A stretch of DNA of 59,680 nt from Mesotaenium endlicherianum (lineage: Eukaryota): the NCBI GenBank assembly GCA_009602735.1, contig WELA01002318.1, forward strand, positions 476,937 through 536,616. Reading direction: 5' to 3'. Shown here piece by piece: positions 27,076 to 40,432 of the stretch. The first letter of the stretch is position 1. Every line of letters starts with the position of its first letter. Both the position numbers and the translations under genes were made by a program. The notes under the pieces are model-generated. The model saw only the letters and a program-made list of their open reading frames with translations, made no database searches and was not told the origin of the DNA.

Positions 27076-28927
27076 AGCACGACACACGTACTGACAGTTA
27101 TCATGCTCCTTTGTGCACAAGTTATCAAGGAGCTGGAAAATATTGACGTGCTGGAACCAACATGTCTCACTGAGCTTCAAGGACATGTGTCAATAATTTG
27201 ACTTGGGGGTAATGTCAAAGCTAACATCATATAGAAAAGTGGTTGCTTTGCCAATGCACAACAATCACAGCTGCAAAGTATAGAGCTGCAACAGAAGAAA
27301 CCCTGGCTTTACTTTACAAAACAATCAGTATCACATAATGGCAGCAAAGGTACAATAGGGGAGATTAATTATCTGCAACTCCGATTGTTACTACCGATCA
27401 GCTACACGTGCCATACTGCAGCTAGGTCACAAATCTATGAAGCTCTGTTTGGATGCTAGGGTGGCCACACCATCAATCTTACATGAAGCAGTCATCGATT
27501 AAGCAGCGTCCTGCAGGAGGTTTGAGATTGAGCAAGATGTCGCGCTGCAGGGTGCGGCAACTATAATTTACCCAAAAAAATCATTGACTATCACAGAGGA
27601 AGGAGCCCAGGGTCAGGCACGTTATGCAGGACTAAGAATATGCAGGTGACCAATGTGACGCATTGATAATGGAAAAAATACAGCATAACGAACAAAGGTG
27701 GGTAGAAGCTTGTTCAACCGAAAACCTTTTATGAACATGCTAATACGAGCTGGAAGACTCTTTAGAGAGCCCGTTGAGATGTGGCAGATGCAAATGTGTG
27801 CTGCATGCAGAACACAACGTATCCACTCTCAGAAGCAGCATGGCTATGGACAAGATACATAATGTCCTCACAAGACTTCTCCCAGGGTGCACTTACCTGT
27901 CAACTCAAACAATCTTGCTTTGAGAACTTCCCACTTTGCCATCCAAAGCACATACGTGCACAATTACACAATGGTCGCAAGCAGGCAACTTAAGAGTGAA
28001 ATTTGATCAGTTTTCCGTCAATAGGAGCACAGAGAACAGAGCAGAGACACTTCGATGCACCTGTATAGTACTTGCACTAGATGAACACAACAACATCAGG
28101 GTTTTCGATGTGCATGTGCAGCAAGGCATTGATATGGCTACTTGTTCAACAGTCACTGCACTTCGTTCATACTCCGCCAATTTGGCAAATTAAAGATACT
28201 TATTCCCAAATACTAATGACCCCCCAAACTGGTCAGGGAGGTTCACGTGTCAGAGATGAGATGAGGTAGTCTAAAAGAGCTTGTGGGTTTGTGTTCACAC
28301 AGTGCCGCTAGAAGTTGGTCAAAGGAGGCATAAGACCAGACCATAATTTACCCGATTATAATATCCATCGAGGCCATATTAGGTTGCACATTTATGTAAA
28401 ATTGGCCACCATGGCCACTCAAAGATTTTCACTCAAAAAAAGGTCTGCAAACTTGTCTGTCACAACCATAGAATACTTTGGGCCACAACATATGCAAATC
28501 CCCGAGTGACGCAATGCGAGCGGATTCAGAAAATTTACTGCGTTGAGGGCAACACGCATTCCACGATTCAAAGAACAGCAAGACTCTCCCATTCAGCCCC
28601 AGATATTCATCATATATCGTGTACTAGCAGAGCAGACTAGACTACCGTAAGAGGCCACATGGAAAAGCAAGTCGAAGAGGAGATTGAGCTTGAAGTTCGT
28701 TTGGGAAGATGGACAAGATAGTCACTGGACGAGATTGTTTCGGCCCCATCTAATTCAATACACAACCAATCACTACAGGCGGACGTAGCCCACGAGCACT
28801 TGGCGATCAAATGACCCGCAAATGGGGAGCTAGAAGCAGAATATGCCATGCAACGAGGAAGGAACGACTAACGGGACTATAAGCGAGACTAATGAGCAGA
28901 GACAGCAGAGCGAGCCATGGTCGCAGT

Positions 28928-28936
28928 AGATATTTT
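28928..28936 (-). promoter_or_regulatory. Evening element (AAAATATCT) upstream of the COL gene
   Basis: Exact match (agatatttt on +) about 900 bp before the COL ATG; a one-mismatch copy AAGATATCT at 29323-29331. Function is untested. Confidence 0.4.
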
Positions 28937-29837
28937 TCGTTCGGATAAAGCAGCTGGATTGGCTGTGGACAGGAATCTAGGAAGCATGCACTTTTCTAGC
29001 CTGCGCGGGTCTGTGGAAGTCAGTGCGCACTTTAAAGTGGGAAAGGCCAAATCCTGCGTACCACTGTGAGTACGTGTATGCCTTCGATCTGCCCCTTGAT
29101 GCCCAGAAAGCGAAAACCATGTGGCGATAACAACGGAGGATCGAGATGGAGAGCTGCAGAGAGCAGCAATGATGGTACTATGGTAGAGGCTTTGCCAGCA
29201 GCGTCAAGCAGTTGGATCGGAAAATGACGCGGTGGAAAGTGCAGGGGGGTGCCGGGCAGTGCAGGGGGGCGAAAGAAGGTGCCGCCAAGTCCGTCACGGG
29301 GTCCGTAGATGCAGGCAACTGAAAGATATCTACGATCGCCGCCAGCTAGTGCCAAATGGAGATGCCAACTAGCTCTGAATTCTGATCCGGAACTGGGCAG
29401 GATTGAGTTTGCCTCGCAAAAAAGTGCACACCCCAATGTGCTTTTTCCTTCTGCAACCTAAAACGGGTTTGGCATATTGTGGCTCTTCCACTTCTGTGCA
29501 ATTTCGTCGCCATGTTAGCATACATTGTCCATGGCATCTCTTCATGCTGCCTTGCCAGAAGATGTGGCGTTTGGGGTCAGTCTTGCTTTGTCCTTGAATT
29601 GTAAATCAGCGGGATAGGAATAGAATCGTGCAAGAAATTCCAAAGAGCAGCGTATCAAGAAGTAGCTTAAGCCTTGAGGATTGAAGTCTTGAAGGGGACA
29701 TCCGGGAAGGATATGAGATTTTGATTGTTGACTAAGGCGGTTTGAAAAGGCGTGTTTGAAGTGTGGACGTATTCACTGGGGTTTGCTGTAGGGGAGCATT
29801 AGGAGTGTGTAGTCCGGATTCGGAATCAGATTGACAG

Positions 29838-31268
29838 ATGGAAGCACCTTGTGATTTTTGTGCTGATGGAAGAGCTACAGTTTACTGCCGAGCAGATTCG
29901 GCACGATTATGCCTTTCTTGTGACCGGCATGTGCACTCTGCAAATGCATTGTCAATGAGGCATCCGCGGACATTGTTATGTGATGGATGCAATCAGCGTC
30001 CTGCCTCAGTACGCTGCCAAGCCGAGAACCTTAGTCTTTGCCCTACCTGCGATTGGGAAACCCATGGAAACTCCGCACAGAATCAGAACCACAAGCGCTA
30101 CAATTTTGAGAGCTTCACCGGGATCCCCTCAGCTGCTGAGCTCTCTGGCCTTTGGGGTTGCACAATGCCAGACGGCTCAAAAAGTAACTCGGGGGGCAGT
30201 CATTCGGCTTCTAAGGAGCAGAGAACACGCTCACAATCCCACCCCGATTTCGCTCTCATCCAGTCCCAAGGTCAGAGCCATGGTCACAGTCACGGCCACA
30301 GTCAAAGTTACGGCCATAGCCAGGGCCAAAGGCCTCTGTCAGCAGGCCACCTGTCAGCGAGCCATTCGAGCTCCAGTGGCACGCAGGGGCCCATGAGCAA
30401 CACCATGCTGTGGCCTGCAGCAACCCCTGGGGGAGCCTTTGCCGGAATTATGGCCGGCAATCCCCAGGCCTGCCTGGTGAAGGGCTTTGTGGGTGACGAG
30501 CAGATTCAGAGGCTGGCCATGGCCGACGGGAATGCCATGGCAGTTGGAAGTGCTGTGGGCATGAGTGCAAACGCTAGGTTTGCTCTGTATCCCTCCACCA
30601 GCAGTGCAGGATCAATGGGGCCTCCTCAGCGCACCAATAAGGTAGCGACACGTGTCTGAGCCCTGCTACCCTCTTCGAAACTCGCGCCCTCCTGCACATT
30701 GAGGGGCCATGTTGGGGATTGCTGTCTCCCATTGCTCGAGCTTCGCATGGCTCCTGTATGGAGGGCCGTGCCCGAGATGAACGCTTGCAACTCGGCGCAT
30801 GCATTGCATGTGATGTGCACCTGAGTGTGCTCTGCTGGCAAGAGACTTGAAGTGTGGATCTCGCCTTGGGTAGCGGCTGCCATGGATGGCGATTTCATTT
30901 GCGACACTTGCGGGTGCAATCTTGAGGCATGCGCGCTCTTTGGGCAAGAACCAACAAGCGCGCGATGCGAGTGGCGACTTTGGCGCACACACGTGCATGT
31001 GCCGCTCGCACGACCAAAACAAGACATTGACCAGCAGTTCTTTTGCTAACGTTGCTCCGCTAGTGCTTCGCTTGTTGGGATCTGTGCCTGCGACATTGGT
31101 GTGTCGTGTGCAGGACTCGATGGTTGCTCAGGGGCAGCAGCAGGCAGGAAGTGCGCCCTTCTGGACAGTTCCGCACCAGCCTGCTCCCAGGGGGCGTCAC
31201 TCGAAGCAGTACAAGCTGCAGCAGCAGCAGCAGCAGCAACAGCAGCAAGCGCAGCAGCAGCTCCTGCA

Positions 31269-31303
<35 letters not shown>

Positions 31304-31649
31304 TGCACCAGCAGCAGCAGCAGGCGCTCTATCAGCAGCAGCACCAGCAGCAGATGCAGCTGCAGGCCCAGGCTCAGGCTCAGGCACAGGTGCAGGGGGC
31401 CCAGCAGCAGCAGCAACAGCAGCAGGCGGCAGCGCAGCCGTCGCAGATCATCATGCAGCAGCTCCTGCAGCTGCACAAGCAGGCCTCGCAGGCGCCCCAG
31501 CCCCAGCCCCAGGAGGACCAGCTGTCGCAGCAGAGCGAGCCTCCCAGCCGTCTGCCTCAAGCTCACCCGTCTGCACCTCCCCCTCCTCCTGCTGCTGCGG
31601 CCTCTGGGCTGCCATTGCAGGTGCAGGCTCAGCAGGCTCAGGCGCGGCG

Positions 31650-31680
<31 letters not shown>

Positions 31681-31913
31681 TCGTTTGTACTGCCCAAAGT
31701 GGAGGCCGCATTTGGCAGCCAGGAGCAGCAGGGGCAACAGGCGCAGGCGCAGGTGCATGCGCTGGCCCAAGTGCATGCCCAGGCACAGGCGCAGGCGCAG
31801 GCCCAGGTGCATGCACAGGCGCAGGAAGCTCAGCAGCTGGAGGCCCAGAAGGCCCAGAGCCATACTCAGGCTCAGGCTCAGGCTCAGAGCGAGCGACAGA
31901 GCCAGGCGCAGGC

Positions 31914-31945
<32 letters not shown>

Positions 31946-34078
31946 CCAAGGTGGTGGCCCAGAGGGACCTCGAAGCAGCGCAGAGGCACCACGTGCGGAC
32001 AGGTGGCTGCGCCGCAGCGCAGGAGGCGCAGGGCGCGGACGCGGGCGTGGAGCAGCAGCAGGAGCCTGCGGCGGCGGCCCAGGCGCGCATGCTCAAGGCG
32101 GAGAAGCGGCCGGCGGCAGAGCAGCCGCGCGGCGACAGCAGCAGCAGCCTGTGGAGCAGCGGCGCCGGCCCCAGCAATGAGGTGCCCACCCCCCTCCCCT
32201 CCCCTTCTTTGCCTTGATATTCTCTCTTACTGCCTCTTTGCAGCCGCGCTGCTTCTTGCTTTGTGGTCTGTGCGAGTCTCCGTCTGCGTCTCCCGCTTCT
32301 TGTGCTCCTCTGCTTGCCAGAACCCCCCCCCCCGGCGGGGGGTGCGGCGAGCAGACTGCCACTTTCGAGAAGGAAGGGAGCGAGCGAAGGAGCGACGGTG
32401 CATGTTGCCTCTGTGCTGGTTGCCCCCGTGCGGCCCTCCGAGGCAGTGCAATGTGCCACCGGGCCTGAGCAAAGCATGGCCAGTCTCAGCTCGGCCAGCG
32501 CTGATCCGCATTGTCGTCAGCTGACGGGGGCGAGGGCGATGGCGCTTGTGGCGGTGGTGCGCAGGAGCTGTGGGGGCAGCAGCAGCAGGAGCACGACGAG
32601 GAGATGGGGTCGGGCGAGGACGGCGACCTGGCGGCCAACTTCAACATGACCGACATGGACCTGGCCTTCAGCAGCTACGAGGACATCTTCGCGACGCCCG
32701 AGGTGGACAGCCCCCCCAACTACTCCCCGCCAGCTGGCAACGGGGGGGGCGGAGGAGGCGGCGGGGATGGGGAGGCCGACCACGCGGCCGAACTGGGCGG
32801 CGGCGGTGGCGGCGGCGACCACCAGAAGAGCTGCGGCAGCATGCAGCAGCAGCAGCACATGCAGAGCATCCCCGAGGGCGAGGACTTCTACCCCCGGCCA
32901 GACGTACGTTTGTGTGTCTCTGTGTGCGCGCCTGCTCTCTGCTGTCTGTGCCTGGCGCACATCTGCTCTTGATGTTCTCAAACCCAGTCTTCTTGAAGGA
33001 GGGGGGCCGCTCTGCTTGCGAGTGACAGTCTGCGCTTCTCTGGGCTGCTGAGGGTTCCAGCGCACGGGCTGAGAAGGCACCGCTGTGCTCCTGGTCCGTG
33101 CCTCAAGTGTAGTACGATATTTACTAACCTTTGCTTTCTGGCTGGGGTCCCCTTTGGTGCAGCAGGCTGCGAGCAGGGCAGAGGAGATGCACAGCGGGGG
33201 GAGCATTGCCGGCGGCAATGGCGGCGGCGGCCGGAGCTCGGACAGCGCGCCAGTTGGCGGCGTGCAAGGCGCGGGCTCCGGTCACTCGGGCGGCGGGGGA
33301 GCTTACAGCAATCCAAACGCGGGCGGCCCCACCCACAGCGGCGGGATGGGCGGCATGTCGTTCGGGCAGGCGCAGGCGCAGGGACAGGTGCCGGCCAGCA
33401 GCGGGCTGTCGATGGCCATGTCCAACATCAGCGGCGACAGCAGCGGGCAGTCATGCGACCTCAGCGAGGAGCAGCCCTCGCCGCACTTTCCGGGAGAGAA
33501 CCCCTGGGGCGAGATGGGGGGCCCCATGGACGGGACAAGTGGCGGCGCGCGGGACAACGCCATGCTGCGCTACATGGAGAAGAAGAAGAACCGCAAGTAT
33601 GCACGCACGCACGCAACTGCCCGCCCCCGTTGCCCTGCTGCCCGTCGCTCCCCTCTCTTTGTCGCGCTAGCCCTGCCTGGCTCTTCGCCTCTACCTAGGC
33701 CGGCCCGGCCTGCACCCCCTTGTGTGTTGTGCAGCTCAGTGCCCCTCGTCATGGGTGCCGCGTCTCTTGTCTGCTTCTGCTGTGTGTTTGTGTGTGCGTG
33801 TGCGTGTGCGCGCGCGCCCGTGTTGTGGCTTGCGGATGAGGCTTGCACGTTGTGGGGGGGCCTCTGTGCGAATTGGGGGTGCTTGTGGGGCGAGTTGAGG
33901 CCGGGGGTGCTGACACTGCACGTGGCGCGTGCTGGTGGCGGCGGGCAGGTTTGACAAGCGGATACGGTACGAGTCTCGGAAGGCGCGGGCGGACATCCGC
34001 AAGCGCGTGAAGGGCCGCTTTGTGAAGGCGGGCCAGGAGTACGACTACGACCCGCTCACTGTGCCCGAGGACATGTGA
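29838..34078 (+). CDS. COL: CONSTANS-like B-box zinc-finger/CCT transcription factor (COL9/10-type)
   Basis: Exons: 29838-30641 (B-boxes [26 protein letters not shown] and LCDGC..C..LCPTCD..H), 31114-32181 (poly-Q/QA), 32565-32903, 33163/33166-33596, 33949-34078. CCT domain [42 protein letters not shown] followed by YDYDPL. Confidence 0.95.
31217..31945 (+). repeat. Coding (CAG)n and CAGGC(T/G) repeats encoding poly-Q/QA
   Basis: Several CAG runs inside COL exon 2. Confidence 0.9.
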
Positions 34079-36120
34079 AGAGAGCAGAAGCAAAAGCAGC
34101 AGCACCGGCAGCAGCACCAGCAGCACCAGCAGCTGAAGCCAGCCTTGGCTCGGGCAGCAGCAGCCCGCCTCGGTTTGGCGGCGGCGGTCTGCGTCGGGGG
34201 ACACGCTCTTGCGTGGGTGGGGAGCGTGCTGTCATATTATATTCTGCGGTGCCTACTTTATGTCACACGCTCACCCGCTTGCTGGCTTGCGCGCCTGCGC
34301 TCTTGCTTCGCACGCTCGCTATCTTGCTCGCTCTCGTTCCCTTCTGTGAGGTATTGGCATGGAGCTAAGCTGCCGCCACCTGTACATCTACACTACTGCG
34401 CCTTCTCTGCTCTTATTTGAGCAACCTGTCTCGACTCTTGCCAGCAACTACACGATGTTGATGTTGCCTCGAGGCGTGAAGGACATGACCTGTCAGTTGT
34501 CAGACCCGTATGGGCTGACATGAGCTAGCGTGTACGCTACTGATTGCTTTGCTTTGAAAAAAGAAGGCCCATCACCTGCATTGAAGATGCTGCAAGTGCA
34601 CTCATTAGGACGTGCCTGTCGCCGCCCCTCGCGCTTAAGTTTCTTTCCTTCTTTCTTATGCAGTCAGTCTCATGATTTTTTGCATTCTTGGATGCCCCAG
34701 ACAACTAGGAGGGTAGGTTACGTCAGCTCGATTCTTCATCTGTGCATAGCTAGGGAGTCTTTCGGGACAGCTGCCGAGGCCAAGCTCTCCCTTTCGGAGT
34801 ACTTCTGAGCTTTATTATTGTGTTCGCCTGGATACATATACATACTATTTACCTCGCTCTTTTATGCATGCTGCTTTCTCGGTAGGAGGCTATTGGAGGT
34901 GTATTGCCATCCTTCAGTAAGTAATTTGTATTACTACCACATAAGGTGTGCAATGTCTTCCTTTTTGTCTTCGGGTTCGTCGTACTGCAGGGATGCAGAT
35001 TTTGTTTCGCACGTGTGAGGAAATGTGTGTGTCATTTGAGCATTGTGTAATTCACCAGCCATGTCCTCCTTGGAGTTTACAACCTCTGCATTGAGTAGTA
35101 CCCGTCCTGCAGAAATCTTTTATATCACAAACATGTGCAATGGTAGGCGTTGGAGGATAGGCTCGTGCCGCACGCATTTGATCAAGGTGCCTTCTTTTTT
35201 TGTTCGGGGATTAGTGTCAATGCATGTTGTCGTTGTGTGCTGACCCTCCACACTTGCTCACTTTATAGCATGCCTGTCGTATTTTTTGTTGATCGCACGA
35301 ATGCGAGGCGGATGAGGAAAGCGTATATACATGTTACAAGGACATCCTAAGATATTTGCTATTGTCTTAGAAGCTCGATTGTCATCAAGAAATCAATTAA
35401 AGCAGGTATGAGCGATGCGCCTGTGCGTTTGTTCTGCACTCCAGCAGCATGGGTGGCATCCACTTTATCGTACAATTTAGCTCATGATTAATAGCTCCTA
35501 ACTGTTAAAGGTCATGGCTATACACATGTGCGTGCATTATTACTATTATGCGCTCACCATAAATGTGCAACCCTCTGCTTGCATGCAGTATGTGCAAAAG
35601 AACATATAACTTCGCTCTATCATTGAGATATTATATGCTCACCAGCCCCGTGCACATGCTGTTTGCATGCATTTTTCTTTCATATAAGAATGATCGAGTT
35701 TTTTAAACGGCATGCACTCCATGAACAGATTGCCATTGCTTCACATACAAATTAAGGAGAACCAATTGGCATCAGAATTTGCCACACGAATATACATCTG
35801 AGCACCATGCGCCACCATTATCGTACATAATGTGTATCAAGCCGTGAAGGCTAATATAATAAAGAACATATTTAAAATTAAAGAATACTTCAAGACATTC
35901 AATACCTATATCAAAGAAAAGGAAGACGCGCTTCGGATATGAGCCGACTGATGTTCAGCATCGACGGACGCCCGCAAGCCTTTCATCACACCTCACATAC
36001 GCAAGGTAACCCTTCTAAGCCCTACAAGCAATCGTGTTATTTAGAAGCAAAGACACCTGTACAAAACTATAAATGAAGAAACCCAAACAAACCACCGACA
36101 ACGCTTTGACGGTGCCTCTG

Positions 36121-38346
36121 CTAGTTCATCATGGCGACCAGGTCGCTGCTGGTGCTGCTGCCAGCGCTCGCCAGCACAGGAACCTTGCCTGCACCCCCCA
36201 GGGCCTCCACCTCCTCGTTGCCGGGCCCACCGAGACTCCGCATCGGCCCTGCACACAGTGACACAAGCTCACGATGCGCAGGCCCGTAGTACGCTGGCGG
36301 AGGGAACGACGACAAAAGCCCCCCCTCCTCGTGCTCCTCCCGCTCCCCGCCCTCCCTCTGCCCCTCCTCCTCCCCCTCCTCCCTCTCCTCCTCCTCCCTC
36401 GTCACCCTCTCCCTCTGGTTCTCCTGGCTCCCGCCCCCGCGGGGCTTGCCGCCCGCGGGCTCCCCGACGGAGAGCACGTAGAAGGTTCTTATGGCCGACG
36501 TGCTGAAGCCGTTGAAGCTGGAGCCAGCAGCGGCCGTGTACGCGCCCATGTTGGCAAACACGAGCCAGTCGCCGACGGCAAGGTCCGGCAGCCACACGTT
36601 GTGCAGGATCACATCCAGGCCGTCGCACGTGGGGCCAAACACCGTGGAGCAGTGCATGCCCAGCGTGGCGGAGTTCGCCATCGCCTGATCTTCCTCCTGC
36701 CCCCCCCCCTCCCCCCTCTTGCCTGCACCCGCACGCGCGCCTGAGTCCGCGTCGGCGCTGCTTCCAGCGCCGCTGTCTGCGTCGTCGTTGTCGTCGCCGT
36801 TGCCGTCGGACGCTGAGCTGGCGAGGTCGCCCTCGTGCACGGATGCGCGCAGGAGGGGGCGCGCCGCCAGCACGGCGTGGTCGTACAGCAGGCAGTTCAT
36901 GGAGCCGTAGAGACCGTCGTTGGCCCAGTACTCGCGGTGGTCCCCGCGCTCGCGCCGCCCGAACACGGTCGTCGCCAGCGTGGACGTCGTCTCTGCAAAG
37001 TACCGCCCCGGCTCGGCAATGATGCTGACGCCGCAGCCCGCCGGGAAGTGCTCGTTGAGCGCCGCGTTGATGGCTGCACAGCCACTCGCATGAACGCAGC
37101 AGGGGCACCACGTGGCAAAGGCTCAGCGAAGCACAGCGTGGTGAAGCACACTGAGGCAAGGGTCGGTGAGTTGAGGTGAGGAGAGGTGAGGTGCAAGAGA
37201 GAGACAAGCTTTGGGTGCAAGCTGCTCCCTATAGGGTGAAATATCAGTACTGACAGCCGAAGGAGGCAGAATGAGGGGGTTGAGGGGGAAAGGATGGGGG
37301 GGGGGCGGAGGAAGAGGAGGGGGGAAAAAGAGGGGAGCAAGGAAGGCAGGAGGGGTAGAGGAGGCGGGAGAGGGGAAGCGGAAGAGGGAGGGGGGAGGTT
37401 GCGGGGGATGCGGGGGTGGCCCGGGAGGAGGAAAGGAAGCGTGCTGTAATCTCTTGCTGACCTGCGGCAACTGCGGGGAATGCCATGCGGCCACTTCTAC
37501 GCGCCGTGAAGCCGCCGCCGATGTCGAGAACTTGCATGGGCGGGAGGCCGGCAGCGGTGGCCATGCCGAAGACCGCGCGCGCCATGGCGATGGCCGTGGC
37601 GTGCGCGGAGGGGTCGGACGCGCCGCTGCCCACGTGGAATGAGACGCCTGCCACCTGGAGGCCCAGGCAGGCGGCGGTGTGCAGCAGGGGCGCCACCTCG
37701 GCGGGAAGCGCGCCGTACTTGGCGCCCAGCGGGCACCTGGCGCTCTGATCGTCGGCGCGNCCCCCCCGCCGCCGCCGCCGCCGCCGCCGCTCAGCCAGCA
37801 CATGTTGGACACACGCGCAGCAGCCCACAGCCACAGCCACAGCCACAGCCACAGCCACAGCCAACGAAACAAGTACCTGTTGGTGAGCTTCTGCCACTGC
37901 AACCGGCTGGTGGGCGTGCGCATTCACGATCAGCCCCCACGCGGGACGAGGTGCAAGGGAGCCTCTGGGGACGGGGGGGTGCGCGATTAGGGGCTCTTGG
38001 GAAACTTGGCCCGGTTTTGTTATATGGAGTTGCAGGCCCCTAGATAGTTCGGAGCGTTCGCGGCTTGTAGGCCCCCGCCACGAGCCCTCCCCCCTTTGAC
38101 CCGATGCGCCAGACACACACACGCGCGCGCGCGCACGTGCGCACGCTCGGCTTGCATCCGAGATGTGCATCATCCACTTGATGCTTTCGCTTTTGATTCT
38201 GTTCCTGCGTTTGCCGTTTGCTGCTAATTATCTCCTGGTCTGCAATGGGTTCCCCGGGCTCTCGTGCGCAGACGCTACAGAAAAAGGAATACAGCAGAGC
38301 GCGACACCGTTCGCCCTGCCCAGGCCCCAGAAGCGCAGCAGCAGGA

Positions 38347-38377
<31 letters not shown>

Positions 38378-40432
38378 GAGCTGCAGCAGGAGGAGGAGCA
38401 GCAGCAGGAGCAGCAGCAGGAGCAAAGAGCACACGCTTTTGCTTTCACAGGCAGGGGAACAGGGAGAGCAGCGCGCGCGCGCGCGCACCTTGAAGAGCTC
38501 GGCCTCGGAGTCGAAGGTGGTGAGGTGCACGCCTGCTTGCGCCGCAAACGTCATGTGCGCGGGCATCTTGCACGGGTTGGCAAAGATGATGCGCTCCGGC
38601 CCCACGCCCGTGCCCAGCACCTGAGGGGCACGCACATACGCACACGCACGCACATGTTGGTCAATGATACTGGACTGTACATGTGTATAATGTGTACTTT
38701 AAGAAGGTTGCCACCTGAATGTGAAAACCTTAGAGTACTTGTACAAATTTGCTGCCCATGTCCAGCATGTACTAAACAGATATTGCACACGCACACAAAG
38801 ATGAACACAACACGCACAGACACACACACACACACACACAAACACACACCGCAACGTATCAATACATCCGCATATGCGTATATCAGACTCCAAACAAGCA
38901 AGGCATTGAGTGTTGCGAGCCATTCCAAAAGGCCTGAAGCTCATCTGAGCCCATCCATAATTTTGTGCATATTTAATTGTATGTGTACCCACACACATGT
39001 CAATGTCCATGTATGCATATGTATGCGTATATATATAAACATATACATATGTATATACGCACGCAGTTACGCATATGTGCTACGTACATTCGAGCCGTAT
39101 AACTCGAGCAGTGCCTGAAGGGAGCGTCCAATACTTCCACAGAAGAGGGAAATCTGCCACTCAAGCAGACCCAGCCACTGCAAGCCCTAAAAGAGCGCGC
39201 GGAAAAGAAGGGAGGAGACAGGAGGGGAAGAGGACGAACAATGAAGGCGGAGGGGGGAGGAGGAGGGAAGGGGGAAGGGGGGANNNNNNNNNNNNNNNNN
39301 NNNNNNNNNNNNNNNNNNNNNNNGGGGGAGGGGGGAAGGGGAAGGGTGGGGCGGTAAATAATGCATGCCTGGGAGATCTCCGCCTTGCTGGCGCAGTCGA
39401 AGCCGGCTCCCAGAGCTGCCAGGGTGGCGAGCAGGACAGGCTCGGGGCTGCACTTGACGGCGTAGAAGGGCGTGACACGTGGCAGCGCCGCCTGCCACTC
39501 CTGCTCACGGGCTCACACGGGTGCGCCACGTGGCGGGTGCACTTGCGGAAGAGTTTAGAACCGCTCTTTACTCAGAAGCGCCCCACCACTTCGTTTGCAA
39601 GACGTGGGGAAGAAAGAGAGAAGCAAGTAACATAAAAGAGCATTGTAACAGTGAGGAAAATAGGGAGAGAGAGACTCGAGAGAAACAATTGATCAGGTGC
39701 AACGCAGTATCTTAAAATCTTCTCAGTGTTGTCGCATCAAAATTGATGCAGAGGTCCCACTCAACAGGAAGGTTAGCCCACATGGACCCGGCACCCCCCC
39801 CCCCCCCCCTCCCCCCTCTCGAAAAGAAAGGCAAGAAGGGAGAACACTGACAAGCACACGCGTGTGCGCGCCCGCTTGCGCTCGCACGAGCCTGTGCTCA
39901 GAAAACAAGCACGCGCACGCCCGCCAACAACGCACGAGAAACGAACCCATGCCAGGTGCCAGGTGCCAGGTGCCAGGTCCCGGGAGCAAGCGAGGCGGCA
40001 GCGGGGAAAGGTGCCCACCTTGAAGAGGTGGATGAGGAGGCCGACGTCCATCACGTAGAAAGGCTCCTCCAGGGAGTGCAGAGCAATCAGGTGGTCCAGG
40101 TGCTCGTCCATCTCCGCGGGCCCCCCCGCGCGCAGCAGCTGCACCTTCCCGACACCTGGCATCGCCAGCAGCCTCGTCAGCATCTGCAGCTTGGCCATAT
40201 CCACGTTGCCGATGGCCGGCGGGGGCGCGGTCCCGCTCTCCAGCTGCGGCGACGGGGCCAGGCTGGCGCTACCGCCGCCACCCGCGCCCGCGTGGCGCTC
40301 GTTGCCGCCCAGAGCCGGAGCGGACTTTGTGTTAATGTGAGAGCTCCCGTGGCTGCCGCCCAAGATGCCGCCCGGGAAGAGCAGGAGGGGGGAGGAAGGA
40401 TGTCCTCCTTCTCCTTTGCCTTCACCCTGCAT
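36121..40432 (-). CDS. ODC: Ornithine decarboxylase (fold-type III PLP enzyme), spliced
   Basis: Exons: 40432-40019 ([10 protein letters not shown]), 39500-39369 (PFYAVKC with PLP lysine, FDCAS), 38620-38489 ([13 protein letters not shown]), ~37759-37462 ([20 protein letters not shown]; 5' end lost at single n 37760), 37073-36121 ([28 protein letters not shown]). Alternative in-frame starts at 40198, 40183 and 40162. Confidence 0.95.
37822..37863. repeat. (AGCCAC)n hexamer microsatellite in an ODC intron
   Basis: Direct. Confidence 0.9.

Noticed and set aside
28021..28050. miR156/529-like purine tract
   Set aside because: Poor match to the mature sequences and no clear hairpin partner.
28526..28613. 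C/D-box snoRNA-like arrangement (ATGATGA...CTGA) on the minus strand
   Set aside because: Only a 3-bp terminal stem and no rRNA or snRNA complement that I can recognise.
37760..37760. Apparent frameshift or missing segment in ODC (also in UKL at 57407)
   Set aside because: A single n adjoining low-complexity GC-rich sequence marks a collapsed assembly gap. The missing conserved residues are best explained as unassembled sequence, not pseudogenisation or recoding.
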